A DNA stretch of 63,263 nt, filler included, from Octopus bimaculoides (Eukaryota), in NCBI RefSeq assembly GCF_001194135.2. It is 4 parts of 3 records of this genome, joined end to end, with 100 filler letters (N's around TTAATTAATTAA, not from the genome) between each part and the next. Parts side by side here need not be neighbours in the genome. Positions count along the whole stretch, not along the records: positions 48,300 to 59,889 come from NC_068984.1; positions 59,990 to 63,263 come from NC_068982.1; 2 more parts are not named here. One strand, written 5' to 3'. Of the stretch, positions 48,664 through 62,429 are shown in pieces. Positions within the stretch are counted from its first letter, which is position 1. Every line of letters starts with the position of its first letter. A program made the translations under genes and the position numbers. Under the pieces are notes generated by a model that did no database searches, was not told where the DNA came from, and saw only the letters and a program-made list of their open reading frames with translations.

Positions 48664-50649
48664 CACACATATACCTGTGCATGTGTGTGTTTAGTGTGTG
48701 TGTGTATTTTACAAATACTATCATTCACCCGTACTGACATGCATATATGCTAACGTGCTACACCGTAAGTGAAGAGAAACTATCATATATCACCACTTGA
48801 AACACAGGCATATTTTGCAGAACAGATCCTCATTCAGTTTTATATCACAGTACATAGACCCAGACACATAACATATAATACTAACTCCAATATATGAATA
48901 TATAAATATATATACATATATATACATNNNNNNNNNNNNNNNNNNNNNNNNNNNNNNNNNNNNNNNNNNNNNNNNNNNNNNNNNNNNNNNNNNNNNNNNN
49001 NNNNNNNNNNNNNNNNNNNNNNNNNNNNNNNNNNNNNNNNNNNNNNNNNNNNNNNNNNNNNNNNNNNNNNNNNNNNNNNNNNNNNNNNNNNNNNNNNNNN
49101 NNNNNNNNNNNNNNNNNNNNNNNNNNNNNNNNNNNNNNNNNNNNNNNNNNNNNNNNNNNNNNNNNNNNNNNNNNNNNNNNNNNNNTATATATATATATAT
49201 ATATATATTTATTTATTTATCTTCATATTTTATGATGTATGTAATTACATCCATCCACACAAGTATGCATCCACTTATGAATACTATTCTACGGAAGCTT
49301 CCCAGATTCATAGGCATAACATAATTTTACACTAGCATTCCATAGCAGTGATTTATGAAAAAGAAATTCATTGAGTAGCTACGATGCAGAAAATGTTACC
49401 ATTATTACCCCATTTCTCTAAATATCCAAAAAATAAACAAGAAAAAAGTTGGGAAGATGAAACGATGTATGTGGAGAAATATGTTTTCTAGCAGTTATTT
49501 AATGTCATATGCAGCGTAACCATAAGGAAAATCTACAAAATATCCCTTATGAAAGAATAACTCCACGTTTCGAATAGAACTACCACATAATGTGGATATG
49601 TTTTTTTTTTAAGGTTTTATTTGACATTTTAATTCACTATACCATAATTCCAGTTGAATATCGTTAGCAAACAATAATGATATTTCTTTTCAAAGCATTA
49701 CTCTTTACATTTTGAGTTCAAATCCCGCCGAGATCGACTTTGATGCTAAATAATCCAGAGAATTAATAAGATAAAATAGCAGCTAAATATGAAATTCTGT
49801 TTAATCGATAATACACTACTGCAAGAATGTTTCATACTTTACCAATGATAGAAATCAGCATTTTCGATAATTTACTAGAGAGCGTAAGAATCTCTAGAAT
49901 TCTAACCTATGGCTTGCTAAATATCAGTTGGAATTACAAACCTTGAGTGAGTATCCTTTAGCTATATGACAGTGATATAGATACAAGAAACGATTTCACA
50001 TATTATGTAATTATGCCACATCAGGTACCATTTAATACCAGTACAACAGAGAGTCCATTACTCTGTCGTTTCTGAGATTTCATCACCTGGAATATGTAAA
50101 GCAATCTGTTACTCATATTAAGGAATATTAAAACTGAATTAATCATCTCTATTACAACATTCAATCTTCGATCTCCGAAATTCACGTCACTTTATGTTAT
50201 AATACAGCCGTGTTGTTAATCACCCACTCCGCTAATTTCAAGGCTACAGTGGCGTATTTCTTTGCTTCGTTCTCATTTATGAAGTGCACCTCCACCTCTC
50301 GTGTAGAATGTGGTTAACTCCTTTATCTCTTTCAAACATTCTTCGACTGCTTCTGCGGCTGCAATTTCCACCTTCTTTCCACCTTCTTTCCACCTGCTAT
50401 GTTCAACGTTCTATATGTAAATGTTTTCACTTCTATATTCTCCGTCACATCTTTCGTGGGTGTCAGCCTTAAACAGCATCCCTCCTTTTTCAATAAGGTG
50501 TTAAACTGTTTGAAGTCCGTCTTTGACTTCTAATTGTCGAATTTGCAGTAGATCAGCTGACAGGCTTTTGCCCGTCACTGCAGCATAACTGCCTGTTTGT
50601 ACCTCTGCATTTATAATCACGTTGTTCACCGCTTCACCCATAAATGGGG

Positions 50650-52760
50650 AAGACAAATAAAATTCAAATAATCACAAATTCCACCACCAAGCCCACAGGA
50701 TATTTTTGCTAATCTCAATGGAGGAAACTTTTCTTCAAAATTGGACTTGTTGGAAGCGTGTTTACAGTTACAAGTCGTGGAAGAATGACATACTTATAAA
50801 CAGTGAGTCTAGAGGCCAGCATGCGGAACATGTTAAAACGGTTTTTGAGAAGATAACGGAGTATGGATTCAAACTTAGCGAGGAAAATGCAAATGTTTCA
50901 TGCCAGAATTAAAGTATCTTGGGCAAGTTATCGATAAAAATAGACAGCAATAAAATAAACATGTCTAAATATTACATTACAAGTGTTATTAGGTCTCGCG
51001 AACTATTACCAAACATACATAGCAAACATGCATGAGCTAAGAGAACCCTAAACAACCTATTGAAAAAGGTGTAAAATATATTGGTCAGAGAGGTGTAAAA
51101 AGGCGTTTGATGAAATTGAAAAAATTTAACATTGGACCTGTCATTATCTCACTTTGATCCAAATTCTAAAATAGCAGTAGCATCAGATACGAGCGAAAGT
51201 GTTTTAGGAGGGGTCATTTTACACAAGTATGGAAATGGTGGTTTAAAAACCATCGTTCATGCTTCACGTTCATTGTTGGCGTCTGAAAAGAACTACAGCA
51301 AAATTGAGAAGGAGGTACTAGCCATTATTTTTGCTGTGATAAAATTTCACGAATTCATACATGGAAGGAAATTCAATCTGGAAATACATCACCGCTCATA
51401 GTTGTCAATTTACGGATTGAAGAAGGGTATCCCCATACATACAGCCAACCGATTGCAATGCTGGGGACGATCCGGCTAAATTATGATTTTAAGATAGAAT
51501 TTCTACCATCGAAAAAATTAGGACCCACTGATGGGCTGTCAAGAATGATTCCTAAATACAATGAACCGTTAGCATTAAAAACCGACGTCAAAATAATAAA
51601 TATACTCTGCAACGAGGTAAGCGAACTACATGTCACTTTAGAAGAAATAAAAATTAAAGCAGAGAAAGGTGCGTTAATATTAAAACTGAAAAAAATAGTG
51701 AAGTTTGAAGCAAATACAAAAACTCATGTAACCGAGCATAACACAGTTTCGAAATGGTATTCGATATGTGAAGACGTACTTATGTACGCTCTTTGCAAAA
51801 CCGCATGTTAAAAGAATTACACATGGGACACCCAGGAGTCGCGAGGATTAAATCATTGATGAGAAGCTATGGTTACTGGCCGAATATGGATGAGGATATT
51901 GAAAAATTGGTGAAAGCCTGCAGGGGTTGTACCCAGGCAGCAAAGGGTAAAAATGCAACCTTAACCCAACACTAATGTACCTTGGTCAAGATTATACATA
52001 GTCTTCGCAGAACTATTAAAAGGAGGGTATTATTTAATAGTCGTAGATAGTTACACGAAATGGCCGGAAATATTTAAATTTGGGAAGTCAACCTCTAATT
52101 AACGATGGAATTTCTGGACGAACATTTTGCGCGACATGGCGTCCCAGACACTATAATGTCCGATAACGGAACACAGTTCACCTGAAAGGAATTTTAAAAC
52201 TTTTGCAAAATGCATGCAATGGAGCATATTACTATTCCGGCATGCCATCCGAGATCGAAAGGACTAGCGGAAGAAATCGAGAAGTGATCTGCTAGCTGAT
52301 ACTACGTTGACGCAATTCTTACGTGTCTACCGAACAACACCTATGTCGCCGGCTGAACTAATGTTCACCAGGAAAGTCAGATCAGTGTTAGACAAATTAC
52401 TACCGGGAATAAAAGAAAAAATAGAGAGAAACACCGAAAATAAGATGAAAAACTTCAGAATCGGTGACAAGTTTTTTTTCTTTTTTAACTATATATGAAC
52501 AGAAAGGGAAGTTGGGAAGAAGGTATATAAGTAAACGTTTAGGTAAAATAACGTATTTGGTAAAAGGTCAAACCAACTGAAAAAATGGTTTACAAAAGAA
52601 AGATTAACACATGAAGAGCCAATGGAATTTCTGTATGACATTTTTGACGTCCCGATACCCCAAGGAATAATCGAACCAACGAGTCCAGCAACCAGGAAAA
52701 GAAAGCAAACAAAAGTTTTGCAAGTAGACCCAGAATGAAAACAATATTTCAAATTTTTCC
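50650..52760 (+). mobile_element. Ty3/Gypsy pol (RT with internal deletion, RNase H, integrase), decayed
   Basis: DIFANLNGG..SKLDL; LSHFDP..VASDTS..GGVI...HASRSL..EKNYSKIEKE.LAIIFAV; ELHMGHPGV.RIKSLMRSY.YWPNMDEDIE.LVK.C..C; LIVVDSYTKWPE. Confidence 0.93.
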
Positions 52761-52859
52761 AGGGGAGTTGAAAAAATAGGTGAGGGAGAAGGTAATAAAG
52801 ATAAAAGATAAAAGAAAAAATGCTGACTTCCAACGAAAATCAAACTCAAAAAGGAGAGA

Positions 52860-53108
52860 TGTGGTGAAATCCTGATACTCATATGAGATAGCAAGTCAAC
52901 TGTCCTAAACCGTGTAAAGGTGCATGCGCACTGTCAGTGGAGACAGTGTGGTGTGTGCAGATGTTTTGGGAAGATAGGCGTAGATGTCTTCAATAAGAAA
53001 TATTGTTTGTTACATGTTGTTTATGATTTATATTCGTATACTTAAAACTTTGTTATGATTCCACGTAATAAAATGGCATACACAGTGAGTTCAAAGAATG
53101 ACATAACA
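52860..53108 (+). mobile_element. Probable LTR of the Gypsy element
   Basis: Purine tract AAAAAGGAGAGA directly followed by TGTGGTG. The candidate end is ...ACATAACA. Confidence 0.55.
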
Positions 53109-53325
53109 TTGTCGACGAGACATAACACAAGTATAGATACAAAAATATACAAAGAATAGAGAAAAGAATATAAAAATAAAGATATATATATAAAAAATAA
53201 AATAATAAATAAAAATATAAATTATATATATTTGTTTTGCAAGATTCTTGATGGGAATTTGTGTGTTGAAACAGATATTGCTGTATTTGGAGACGGTCAT
53301 GTTGCCAGTTTAGCCAATAAAATTA

Positions 53326-53421
53326 CACGCAGTATATATTTGGTGTTCACTTGCTTTAGCTTTATTTTATATTAATATTAAATAAAGCTGAAGCAAGTGA
53401 ACACGAAATATATAGTGCGTG
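53326..53421. repeat. 96-bp foldback
   Basis: 41-bp arms (53326-53366, 53381-53421) match at 38/41 positions. Confidence 0.9.
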
Positions 53422-53427
53422 CGTTTT

Positions 53428-55330
53428 TATTGGCATACTTTTGAAGGAACTATAGAGCAGACCATCAAGTTCCGGCGACTTTTCCCTGAGGCACTCGGAC
53501 CGTACATCCATGATTTCCATAGCCGTGATCGGTCCTTCACAGCACTCAGCCTTTCGTGCCGGGAGGTGCGAGACACCAGCCAGGAAGTCTCGAAGGAGCC
53601 CACCATGGTCCAACGCCTCACTTCTCCCGAACAACTCGGCAAGTACTTGTAAAAGACCTCACGCATCTCATCGTGTCCTTAAATCAAACACCCTTGTTCA
53701 TCGATAAAAGACCTAATTGTGGCATCATTGCCATGCTGGGTCTCTACCGTACAGGCCCATCCGGAAACGTTAATTCCCTCGCGCCTAATGCACGTACTTT
53801 AGCCCGAACTCTACATCCCTTGTGTTTGGCGTGAAGGTGTCGGTCCAAAGCCGATTTTGCTGTCAAAACCCGTGATGCAGAGCCCAAATATAACGTCTCT
53901 TCTAAGTGCTTAACTAAATCCCTTTCTAATCTAGTCTTAGCTGAAATTAGCTTCTAGCTAAATCTAATCGACTCAAGTCGAATGGTTCGTTTGATGGCAA
54001 ACGACCACCTGTTATTCAACACGGAGTCGGTTAATTCCCTCATGACTAACTGCTTAATCCATCTATGGTATACCTCACAAGACAAAATAATCTTGTTTAG
54101 GTTCCAATAAACAGATCCCTGTTTATGTACTCTATCAACTTTCATCCTACAAGTCATTAGCTTGTGATCCGTGTTGGAGACCAGAACAAACTGAGGACAA
54201 TTAAAGCTAAACTCATCTCTTGAGCGAACTATTTTTCTATCTATATTAGACCTAAACGACAAGTCGTCATTACTCCAGGTCCACACTGGGACTCTTGCAT
54301 GATCAAGTCTGTAACGGTCTACCAACTGAAACTGGTTAAGCAGATCGGTGAGGCGCAAGGTTTTCTTATTAATTGAGCCAACACAACCCTAACGTGCATC
54401 CAGGATAGCGTTAAAATCTCCTTACACGACTAAAGTCTTCGATATCATGAGAAAATTCTCTAGGCATCGATAGAAATCAGTCTGTTTCTTTTTGAAACTC
54501 GGCGCATAAACGCCAACCAACCTGAAGGCCTTATCTCTGTACTTCAAGTCGAGAATGACCAGCCCACCTTCTGGGTCCACAAAGATTGTACTTGTCTGCA
54601 GAGTCAAGCCTTTTCGGAGCAAGACAACTACCACTTTTCGGCCTCCGGTTTGGCTAGGAGATATAATTTTCTCATAGCTATTCAGGAGAGCCGAGAAGGC
54701 TTGTAGTCTGTCCAGTATGGTCTTTGTAGCAACTATCACATCTATGCTATGTAACCAAAGGTCGTTGCAGAAACAAGATTGTTTCCATTTCGAATGCAAG
54801 CCACGCACGTTTAAACAAGCCAAGTTAAGAATAGACATCCAAACGCAGAAAGGGGATCAAGAACTTACCTGCTTTTAAACAAGCGAAAGAGGGAACGCTT
54901 TTAATGTTATAGAGCTCGCCTCTTCCTTGCATTTCTCTCTTTCCTCCTCGGTTTCCAGTATTGGGTCAATCATTTGGGCATCTCACTTAGGCTGTGGATG
55001 CCCTCCATTTTTCTGTCTTTACGTTGACTGAATAGTTTCTTTTCTATACATTGCGTAGTTTGCCTCTGAACAGTTTTGATAAGTGATGTTTGCTTACTAT
55101 TCGTGTACGCAACTGTCTTTTGCATTATACTTGATAAACACTGTTCTAATATTTTGGTGTGTGATGTTGGGTTTATTTGTTGGGGTTATGTGTCGGGAGG
55201 GAGTTGGGGACACAATATATCTCCTCCCCAGTTTCCGCGAGATGACTTGAAATTCCGCCTCTTGTTCGACGACCTCCATGTCGCCGCTAGGAGGGGGAAT
55301 TGTTTCTGCATTATTTAACACTGCATTTGA
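53428..55330 (-). mobile_element. L1/Tx1-clade LINE: ORF1 tail, endonuclease and linker, with RT missing
   Basis: MSILNLACLNVRGL..KWKQ...GGRKVVVVLLRK...FRLVGVYAP; SNIDR...SNTDHKL...GSVYWNLN; EGPITAMEI....KSPELDGL. Confidence 0.88.
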
Positions 55331-55573
55331 TTCTTCCTGTTTCTTTGTTGATTTCTCTTTTCCTTTGCTGGATTCCTTCCTTTGTTTTTACTTTTCTTCT
55401 CTTTTCCCTTTTCCTTTCTCGTCGAGGTGGGGCTCCGTGTTAGAAGGGCAACATTCTCACACGTATACACACATATAGACACACTTTCATACATACATAC
55501 AAACACACACACACACACACACTCACACACATATGCATGTGCATATATATATATAAATACAGACACATACACA

Positions 55574-55620
<47 letters not shown>

Positions 55621-56558
55621 ATATATATATATATATATGCCGGAGTAAGCACATGAATGCGAAACAAGATGGAAAAATAGTACTCGAATACTAGAGGTAG
55701 AGTAATATGCTTTACGGAAAAGCAGAAAAATAAAACTGTTGCTCCGAGTTTCAGGTTCCCGTTAGTCGGATACTTTTGTTAAGAATGGAACAGTTCAATA
55801 AAGTATATATATGTATATATGATGCAGGGATATATATATGTTTCTGTGTTTCTGTGTTTGTCTTCGTGTCCGTGATTGCCCCCCCCCCCCCGACCATTTG
55901 ACAACTCCTGGCGTCAATACATTCTGCTAAAATCACTCAAGGCGGTTCTGTAGCATGCCGCAGTCAAATGACAGTAACAAGAAAAGAGTTGTAAATAATA
56001 ACGATAAAAGATAATGATAAATTTGCAATACATGAAATTCTCTCACATGGTCTCGAGCGGTCGCGCGTTTTCCTCCCTTAAAATTACTTACATTCTAATG
56101 GACTAGCTCTTTCTAACGCAGGCCCTCATTTATTTACTCTGATTTAGGAGTAGTTTTGTTTTTCTTTCCTAAATGAAATCACTGCTATTAAATTATCAAC
56201 AGCTAATGATAAAATAACAAATTTTATAAGCACACAAATACATATTATGTGTGTGTGTGCGCGCGTGTGTGTGTGCGTCTGTGTGTCTATGCATGCATAT
56301 GTATACGTGTGCATTATATATATATATATATATATATATTCCCGCGCAAACATATATACCGAATATGTGCATTAAAATGTGGCACAGGAGGACAAAGAAG
56401 TAATATACAGAAAACAGGAAATAACACTCAAAGAACGTGCACACGCTCATCCTTCATTAGTTAATTAGTTATCGAAGAAGCATCATCACACTTTCGGCGC
56501 CTTATCGATTATATATGTAGGTACGTATATATATCACGTATCCGTCTGCCTATACATA

Positions 56559-56630
<72 letters not shown>

Positions 56631-59239
56631 TGCACAGATTGTTTAACCCCAATGGTGTATCGAATGATGGTTTTCTTACAACAACGTTCGAGTTGTCTTC
56701 TTAAAGAGCCTTTCGCACATTAGAAGTGCATGGACATTAAGCTTACCATTTTTCTTTATCACATTTTAGATAGAGGCGTGCTAGCAGGTCAGCAACAACA
56801 ACAAAACAAAACAAAAATCATTAAGAAAAGCATTAAAAACAAAATAAATAGAAAATACTCTTCCATTTTGAGATTCAGCCATTTTGACTACTTAAACGTA
56901 ACACTGTGTAAAACTATAAATATTTAAAAATATAAAAGTATAAAGTTATAAGAAAATATGGATAGTGTATTTTTGTTAATTATCGGAACGTTCTGTGCTG
57001 CTTCAAAGAGAACTATGTAACAATCTGATAAACAAAGGTTTGTCCACATGATATAATATATATGTGTGTGTGTTTGTACTTTGTATGTGTATATATGTAC
57101 TTTCGTGTGTATATGTCTGTGTAAGCGCGTCCGCGTATATACATATATGCGTATACATGCGTATACATATATAACTATGTATATGGATATGTATATGAAA
57201 CAATACATGACAAACGAGTAGGTCATGTCTACAGAAATGTTTATCATTAAAATTTGTCTTGAAAATACAGAAATTGTCTTTGTTTAAGCAGAGATCGAAC
57301 AACAGATTTGATGACCATGCTTTCCTCAAAACTATTACCTGTATAGCCAAGTAAATTCTCTTTGGCATTACATTACACTAACTGACAAAAAATATTACTC
57401 GATAGGTCAATCTGAAAATTCTTTCTCTACAGTGCATCTCCACCCATTAAAGATCATTATCCATAGGAATCTTGATCCATTACAGTTTTATGAGGCCAGT
57501 ATCTCAAATAAAACGAGCTGTTTGAATTCTTCAATAATGGTTAAATATCAGAGCTATTCAAGTATAGAATGAACCGATGCAAAGTAAATGCTGTGTAGCT
57601 CATACGTTATGAAACCATGTCACATATGTCAAATTATATTTCAAGTATGATGAATAGGTTAATTGTCCCTCGCAAGCGAAAATAGCATTCTAGTTTTACC
57701 TCTGTTTCGCTATTTCTGTTAGGTGCGGATGACACAGTAGCGTGCAGATATCAGCTATAAGCACATTTCTGTACCTCTCAAAATTGATTCAGTAGAACAT
57801 CGAAACTGTTATACCTGCAGAGATAGAGAGCTACGCCACCACATGTCTGCTCATTAATCAAGAACGTGTAGACTTCAAATGATGTTTCCTGTTCAAGTTC
57901 TTTATGACCGTTCTGGTTTGGGAAACTAGATACGTAGATACGACCTTATGATAATGAGAACAACGACCTAAGCCCTAGTCTATGTGCTTTGGTCATTAAA
58001 TTTGTGCGTGTATGTCTGAATGCGTGTATTTTGTAAATGGACTTACATACATACACAGGCACTTATACATGTGTATATATAGTTTTGTGCATATCAATAT
58101 ATGTATATATATATATATATATAATATGTACATATACGTGTGTGTATGTTTGTGTGTCTGTTTGTGCGTCTGTCTGTGTGAGTGTGTGCGCGCGCGCATG
58201 TATTGTGTATGTAGTCGTCTATTGAAGTCTTCATTCATTCAATGTGCTCTACAACATAGAGAGTGACGAATGTCTGATAGTAATACGGAAACAAAATCTA
58301 AATTATATACATATAAAGACATACATAATCTTCTCTTTGCTTTTCCACCTGCTGGACAAGAATCCACTGTGTGAATATATAATAAAATACACAGAACAGG
58401 AATCGAAGAAATGTAAAACAAATTAAATATTAATGAAGATGAAAATAATTCGTTAAATATCTTTACACAACAAATTTTATTAAAATTTAAGTTTTTATTA
58501 TGCTATATTTTCTTGTTAGATTACAAAATTTTCTTTTTCTAATATTCACTATTATGTTCTTTCTTTTCTGCTCTGCGTTCATATCACGAGTTTCGATGTA
58601 GGTCACTACATATCTCTAATAACATTGTTGAGAACAAAATTTCAGAAAGAGGTCAATTTGGATTAAAATGATAGAAAAGTAATGATATATGAGAAAATTT
58701 TTATATATGTTATGAATATATGTCAGCTTCACACCTGCGCATACGTGAAGATAATATAATATATAAATATAATGCAATATGTACTTTTATATATATATAT
58801 AAATTCTTTTATTCCCTTTCATTTCACTGCAGTCATGCAGTATATATACATACACACATACATACATACATACATACATATATAAACACATANNNNNNNN
58901 NNNNNNNNNNNNNNNNNNNNNNNNNNNNNNNNNNNNNNNNNNNNNNNNNNNNNNNNNNNNNNNNNNNNNNNNNNNNNNNNNNNNNNNNNNNNNNNNNNNN
59001 NNNNNNNNNNNNNNNNNNNNNNNNNNNNNNNNNNNNNNNNNNNNNNNNNNNNNNNNNNNNNNNNNNNNNNNNNNNNNNNNNNNNNNNNNNNNNNNNNNNN
59101 NNNNNNNNNNNNNNNNNNNNNNNNNNNNNNNNNNNNNNNNNNNNNNNNNNNNNNNNNNNNNNNNNNNNNNNNNNNNNNNNNNNNNNNNNNNNNNNNNNNN
59201 NNNNNNNNNNNNNNNNNNNNNNNNNNNNNNNNNNNNNNN

Positions 59240-59889
59240 TGAATCCCAAGCTGTTGCAGTAACTGGTCCTGAAGCGCGATGGCATTGCTGGGATCTTTGG
59301 CACTATGCAGTGTCGTCCCGTTCTGGCATTGGTGTAGCCTTCAATGCCAAAATTTGGCACAATTCCTTCCAGGATCTTCCAGATGTATATTACTGCATAC
59401 CTCTCCCGCCTTCTCTCCAGGGAGTAGAGTCTTAGCTGTTTCAGCCTTTCCCAGTAGCTGAGCAGTTGCAAAGAGACAATCTTCTTTGTGAATCTCCTCT
59501 GGATTGCTTCAAGGTCTGCTGTTAATTTCAGACTGGTGGGTGACCACAGCTGTGAGCAGTAATCCAGGCGGCTGAGGACGAATGTCCTCCAGAGTTTCAT
59601 CATGGTTTCCTTATCTCTGGTGATGAATGTTCTCAGGATCCATCCAGCCAATCGTCTGCACTTTGTTGCCATTCTGATAATGTGCACTTGGAAAGAGGTA
59701 TCATCACTCATGTCGATACCCAGGTCTTTCACTGATTTAGGCTCTGGGATTGAAATTCCCTGTGGACCAGTGTACTCTATAAGTTTAATATTCAGTTTTG
59801 GAAGTTGGTAGCGCAGGGCTTGGAATTTTTCAGCATTAAACTGCATATTATTGTCCTCAGCCCATCTGTAAACTGAGTCCAATTCCTGC
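59240..59889 (-). mobile_element. CR1/L2-group LINE ORF2 C-terminus, uninterrupted frame
   Basis: WAEDNNMQFNAEKF...KDLGI...GWILRTF.TRD...LWRTFVLSRLDYCSQLWSP...LEAIQRRFTK...YWERLKQLRLYSLERRRERY; more than 210 aa without a stop. Confidence 0.92.
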
Positions 59890-59989
59890 NNNNNNNNNNN
59901 NNNNNNNNNNNNNNNNNNNNNNNNNNNNNNNNNTTAATTAATTAANNNNNNNNNNNNNNNNNNNNNNNNNNNNNNNNNNNNNNNNNNNN

Positions 59990-60047
<58 letters not shown>

Positions 60048-60619
60048 TTCCCTGCCACTGCTTTACAACTGGATTTGATTCATTTACATGACTATAACAT
60101 AGCAGTTTGATAAAGAAACTGATAAAATGATTACAAATGAGTACCAAACTTAAAATAAAAAGAATAAGTACTTGAGCTGAATTGTTTGACTAAACACTTG
60201 AAGGCAGTGCCTCAGCTTGGCCACAGTCCACTGACTGAAGCAAGTAAATGATAAAGGAATAAATAAACAAATAATCAAACAAATTAGAAATTGGAAAGAA
60301 ACAAATTAGACATTTCGTTAACCATTACATGTAGAAAGAATAAACCATGAAAATCAAGATTTTAAAGCCAGTAGCCAGGAAAACAGGTGGTGGTGGTGGT
60401 GCTGGCAGTGGTGGCAACCATGGCAGTGGCGGCAGTAATGATGATGGTGATGGTGGTGGCAGTGTCAGTGGTGGTAGTGGAAATGATAGGAGCTCTTTGA
60501 TTTAGGGGACGTTGACATAAATTGCACAAAGGTGTCTTGCCAATTAGAACTCTTGCAGAGCTCATTGTCGACTGTGCAAGTCATACAAGCAAGAAATTTA
60601 ATAAAGGCAACTTCCTTTT

Positions 60620-60760
60620 ATAGAACTACTTACTCAACCCAGATTGGCAATATACCAACATGATAATGCTTCTGCTTATTCTGACAAATTAGTCAAAATT
60701 AGGATGTCGTTTTTAAACTCTATTGAAAATTTATGGTGGCAGCTCTATTGAATTGCAGCT
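60620..60760 (+). mobile_element. Tc1 DDE-domain remnant
   Basis: IYQHDNASAY...LNSIENLW resembles FQHDNAPxH...LNPIENLW. Confidence 0.5.
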
Positions 60761-61299
60761 GAATTGAAGAGCTCTTCTAAAAATGCAGTTAATTTTTATT
60801 TGAAATAGTTCAGGAAGAATGGTAGGAATTAAGGTATACATTATTGAAAACACTTGCTGCTAGTATGATTATAAGATTTGAAAAAAAAGGATTATCGATA
60901 GAATTGAATAGAAGCATTGATAATTAAATTTTCGTTTATGAAGAAACATTATTTCTGATTCTATTTTAAATTCTGAATACAATAAATGATTTGCTTTCAA
61001 CAATTCTCACAAAAAGAAAAACAAATGGACATTTAATTTTTTTTTTTAATGAAGAATTTTGAAGGAAGAGAAAGAAAAGTCACACATGCACACACACACA
61101 TACACGCACACATACACACACACCTACATGCAACATACGCACATGTACGTACATATATATATATACACACATATATATATGCACACACATATATATACAC
61201 ACGCATTTGTAGGTTTGTATATTATAATATATACCCAGTCATGGCAGTGTGTATAGTTAAGAAGTTTATTATGCAGTCATATGGATTCATATTCTCTCC

Positions 61300-61410
61300 C
61301 ACTGTGAGACACCATGAACAAGTGTCTTCTACTAAAACACTGAGCAAACTAAAGCTTTATAAGTGGATTTAGTAGACAGAAACTCAAAGAAGCCTCTTGT
61401 GCAGGTGTGT
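61300..61410 (+). mobile_element. SINE family B fragment
   Basis: CCCACTGTGAGACACCATGAACAAGTGTCTTCTACTA...GTGGATTTAGTAGACAGAAACT. Confidence 0.65.
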
Positions 61411-62115
61411 GTGTGTGCACGAGAGTGTATGTGTGTGTATGTGTGTGTGCATGTGTTTGTGTGTGTGAATGCTTATGTGTGTTTGTGTGTGTCTGTGTGT
61501 GTCTGTGTGTGTGAATGCTTACATGTGTGTATATGAATGCTTATGTGTGTCAGTTTATTTGTGTGTGTGTGAGTATGAAGGCTTGTGTGTGTGTGTGTGA
61601 GTATGAAGGCTTGTGTGTGTGTGTGTGTGTCTGCATGTTGGTGGGCGGGGGCTGCTTGCTTGCATACATTTATGCCTCTCTGAAAAATCATTGATCTACT
61701 ACTGATGACGTCATTTCTCATGTTCAGCAAATCTCTTTTTGCCGTTTCATCTTCAAAGAAGTGTGAAATGAGCATGCCCTAACATGAAAAAGAGATATAA
61801 GGGTTGGTGACAAGAAGGGAGCCCAGCTTTAAAACAATATCACAATAACATATTTGTCTAACTCATGCTGGCACGGAAAACAGACAAATAAAGGAAATTA
61901 TATACACACGCATACATGTGTGTGTGTGTGCGTGAGTGTGTGTGTGTGTGTGTGTGTGTGTTTGTATGTGTAAACAATCGTTGGCAGATTATCCAAAAAT
62001 TTCATACATGGTAGATGCACTGGGAAAGTTCGTACTAACACACTGGAAATTGAGTCTCTTAAATGCCCAGACAGCTCACTAGAATTACAGTTCTGTATTT
62101 AAGCCCATGGGTATA

Positions 62116-62179
62116 TGGCGTAGTGGTTAAGAGCACGGGCTACTAACCCCAAGATTCCGAGTTCAATTCCAGGCAGTTA

Positions 62180-62220
<41 letters not shown>

Positions 62221-62379
62221 TTGAAAAATACCTTAGGAATGAGAACCCAGGTTCGAAATTTCCTCCAAGACACCTGATGAAGGCTGGAGGGTATATCAGC
62301 CGAAAAGTTGTGTTAACAACAAACAAGAAGAGGGCAAATATTCATCACATGTAAATAATGTAAATAATGTAAATAATGT
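62116..62379 (+). mobile_element. tRNA-headed SINE (family C) with an internal hammerhead motif and (GTAAATAAT)3 tail
   Basis: A box TGGCGTAGTGG at 62116, B box GTTCAATTCC at 62161, (AAT)n spacer, hammerhead fold at 62270-62313. Confidence 0.8.
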
Positions 62380-62429
62380 CACTAGAATTAGTTGATAGCT
62401 TTTGCTACTTGTGGAATGTAATTTACAAG

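Noticed and set aside
55736-55772. Fourth hammerhead-like fold on the minus strand (CCGACTA..GAAACTCGGAGC)
   Set aside because: At least three core or stem positions are broken, so it is at best a dead copy.
60385-60505. Gly-rich ORF (GGGGGAGSGGNHGSGG..)
   Set aside because: Degenerate (GGT/GGC)n simple repeat without splice support.
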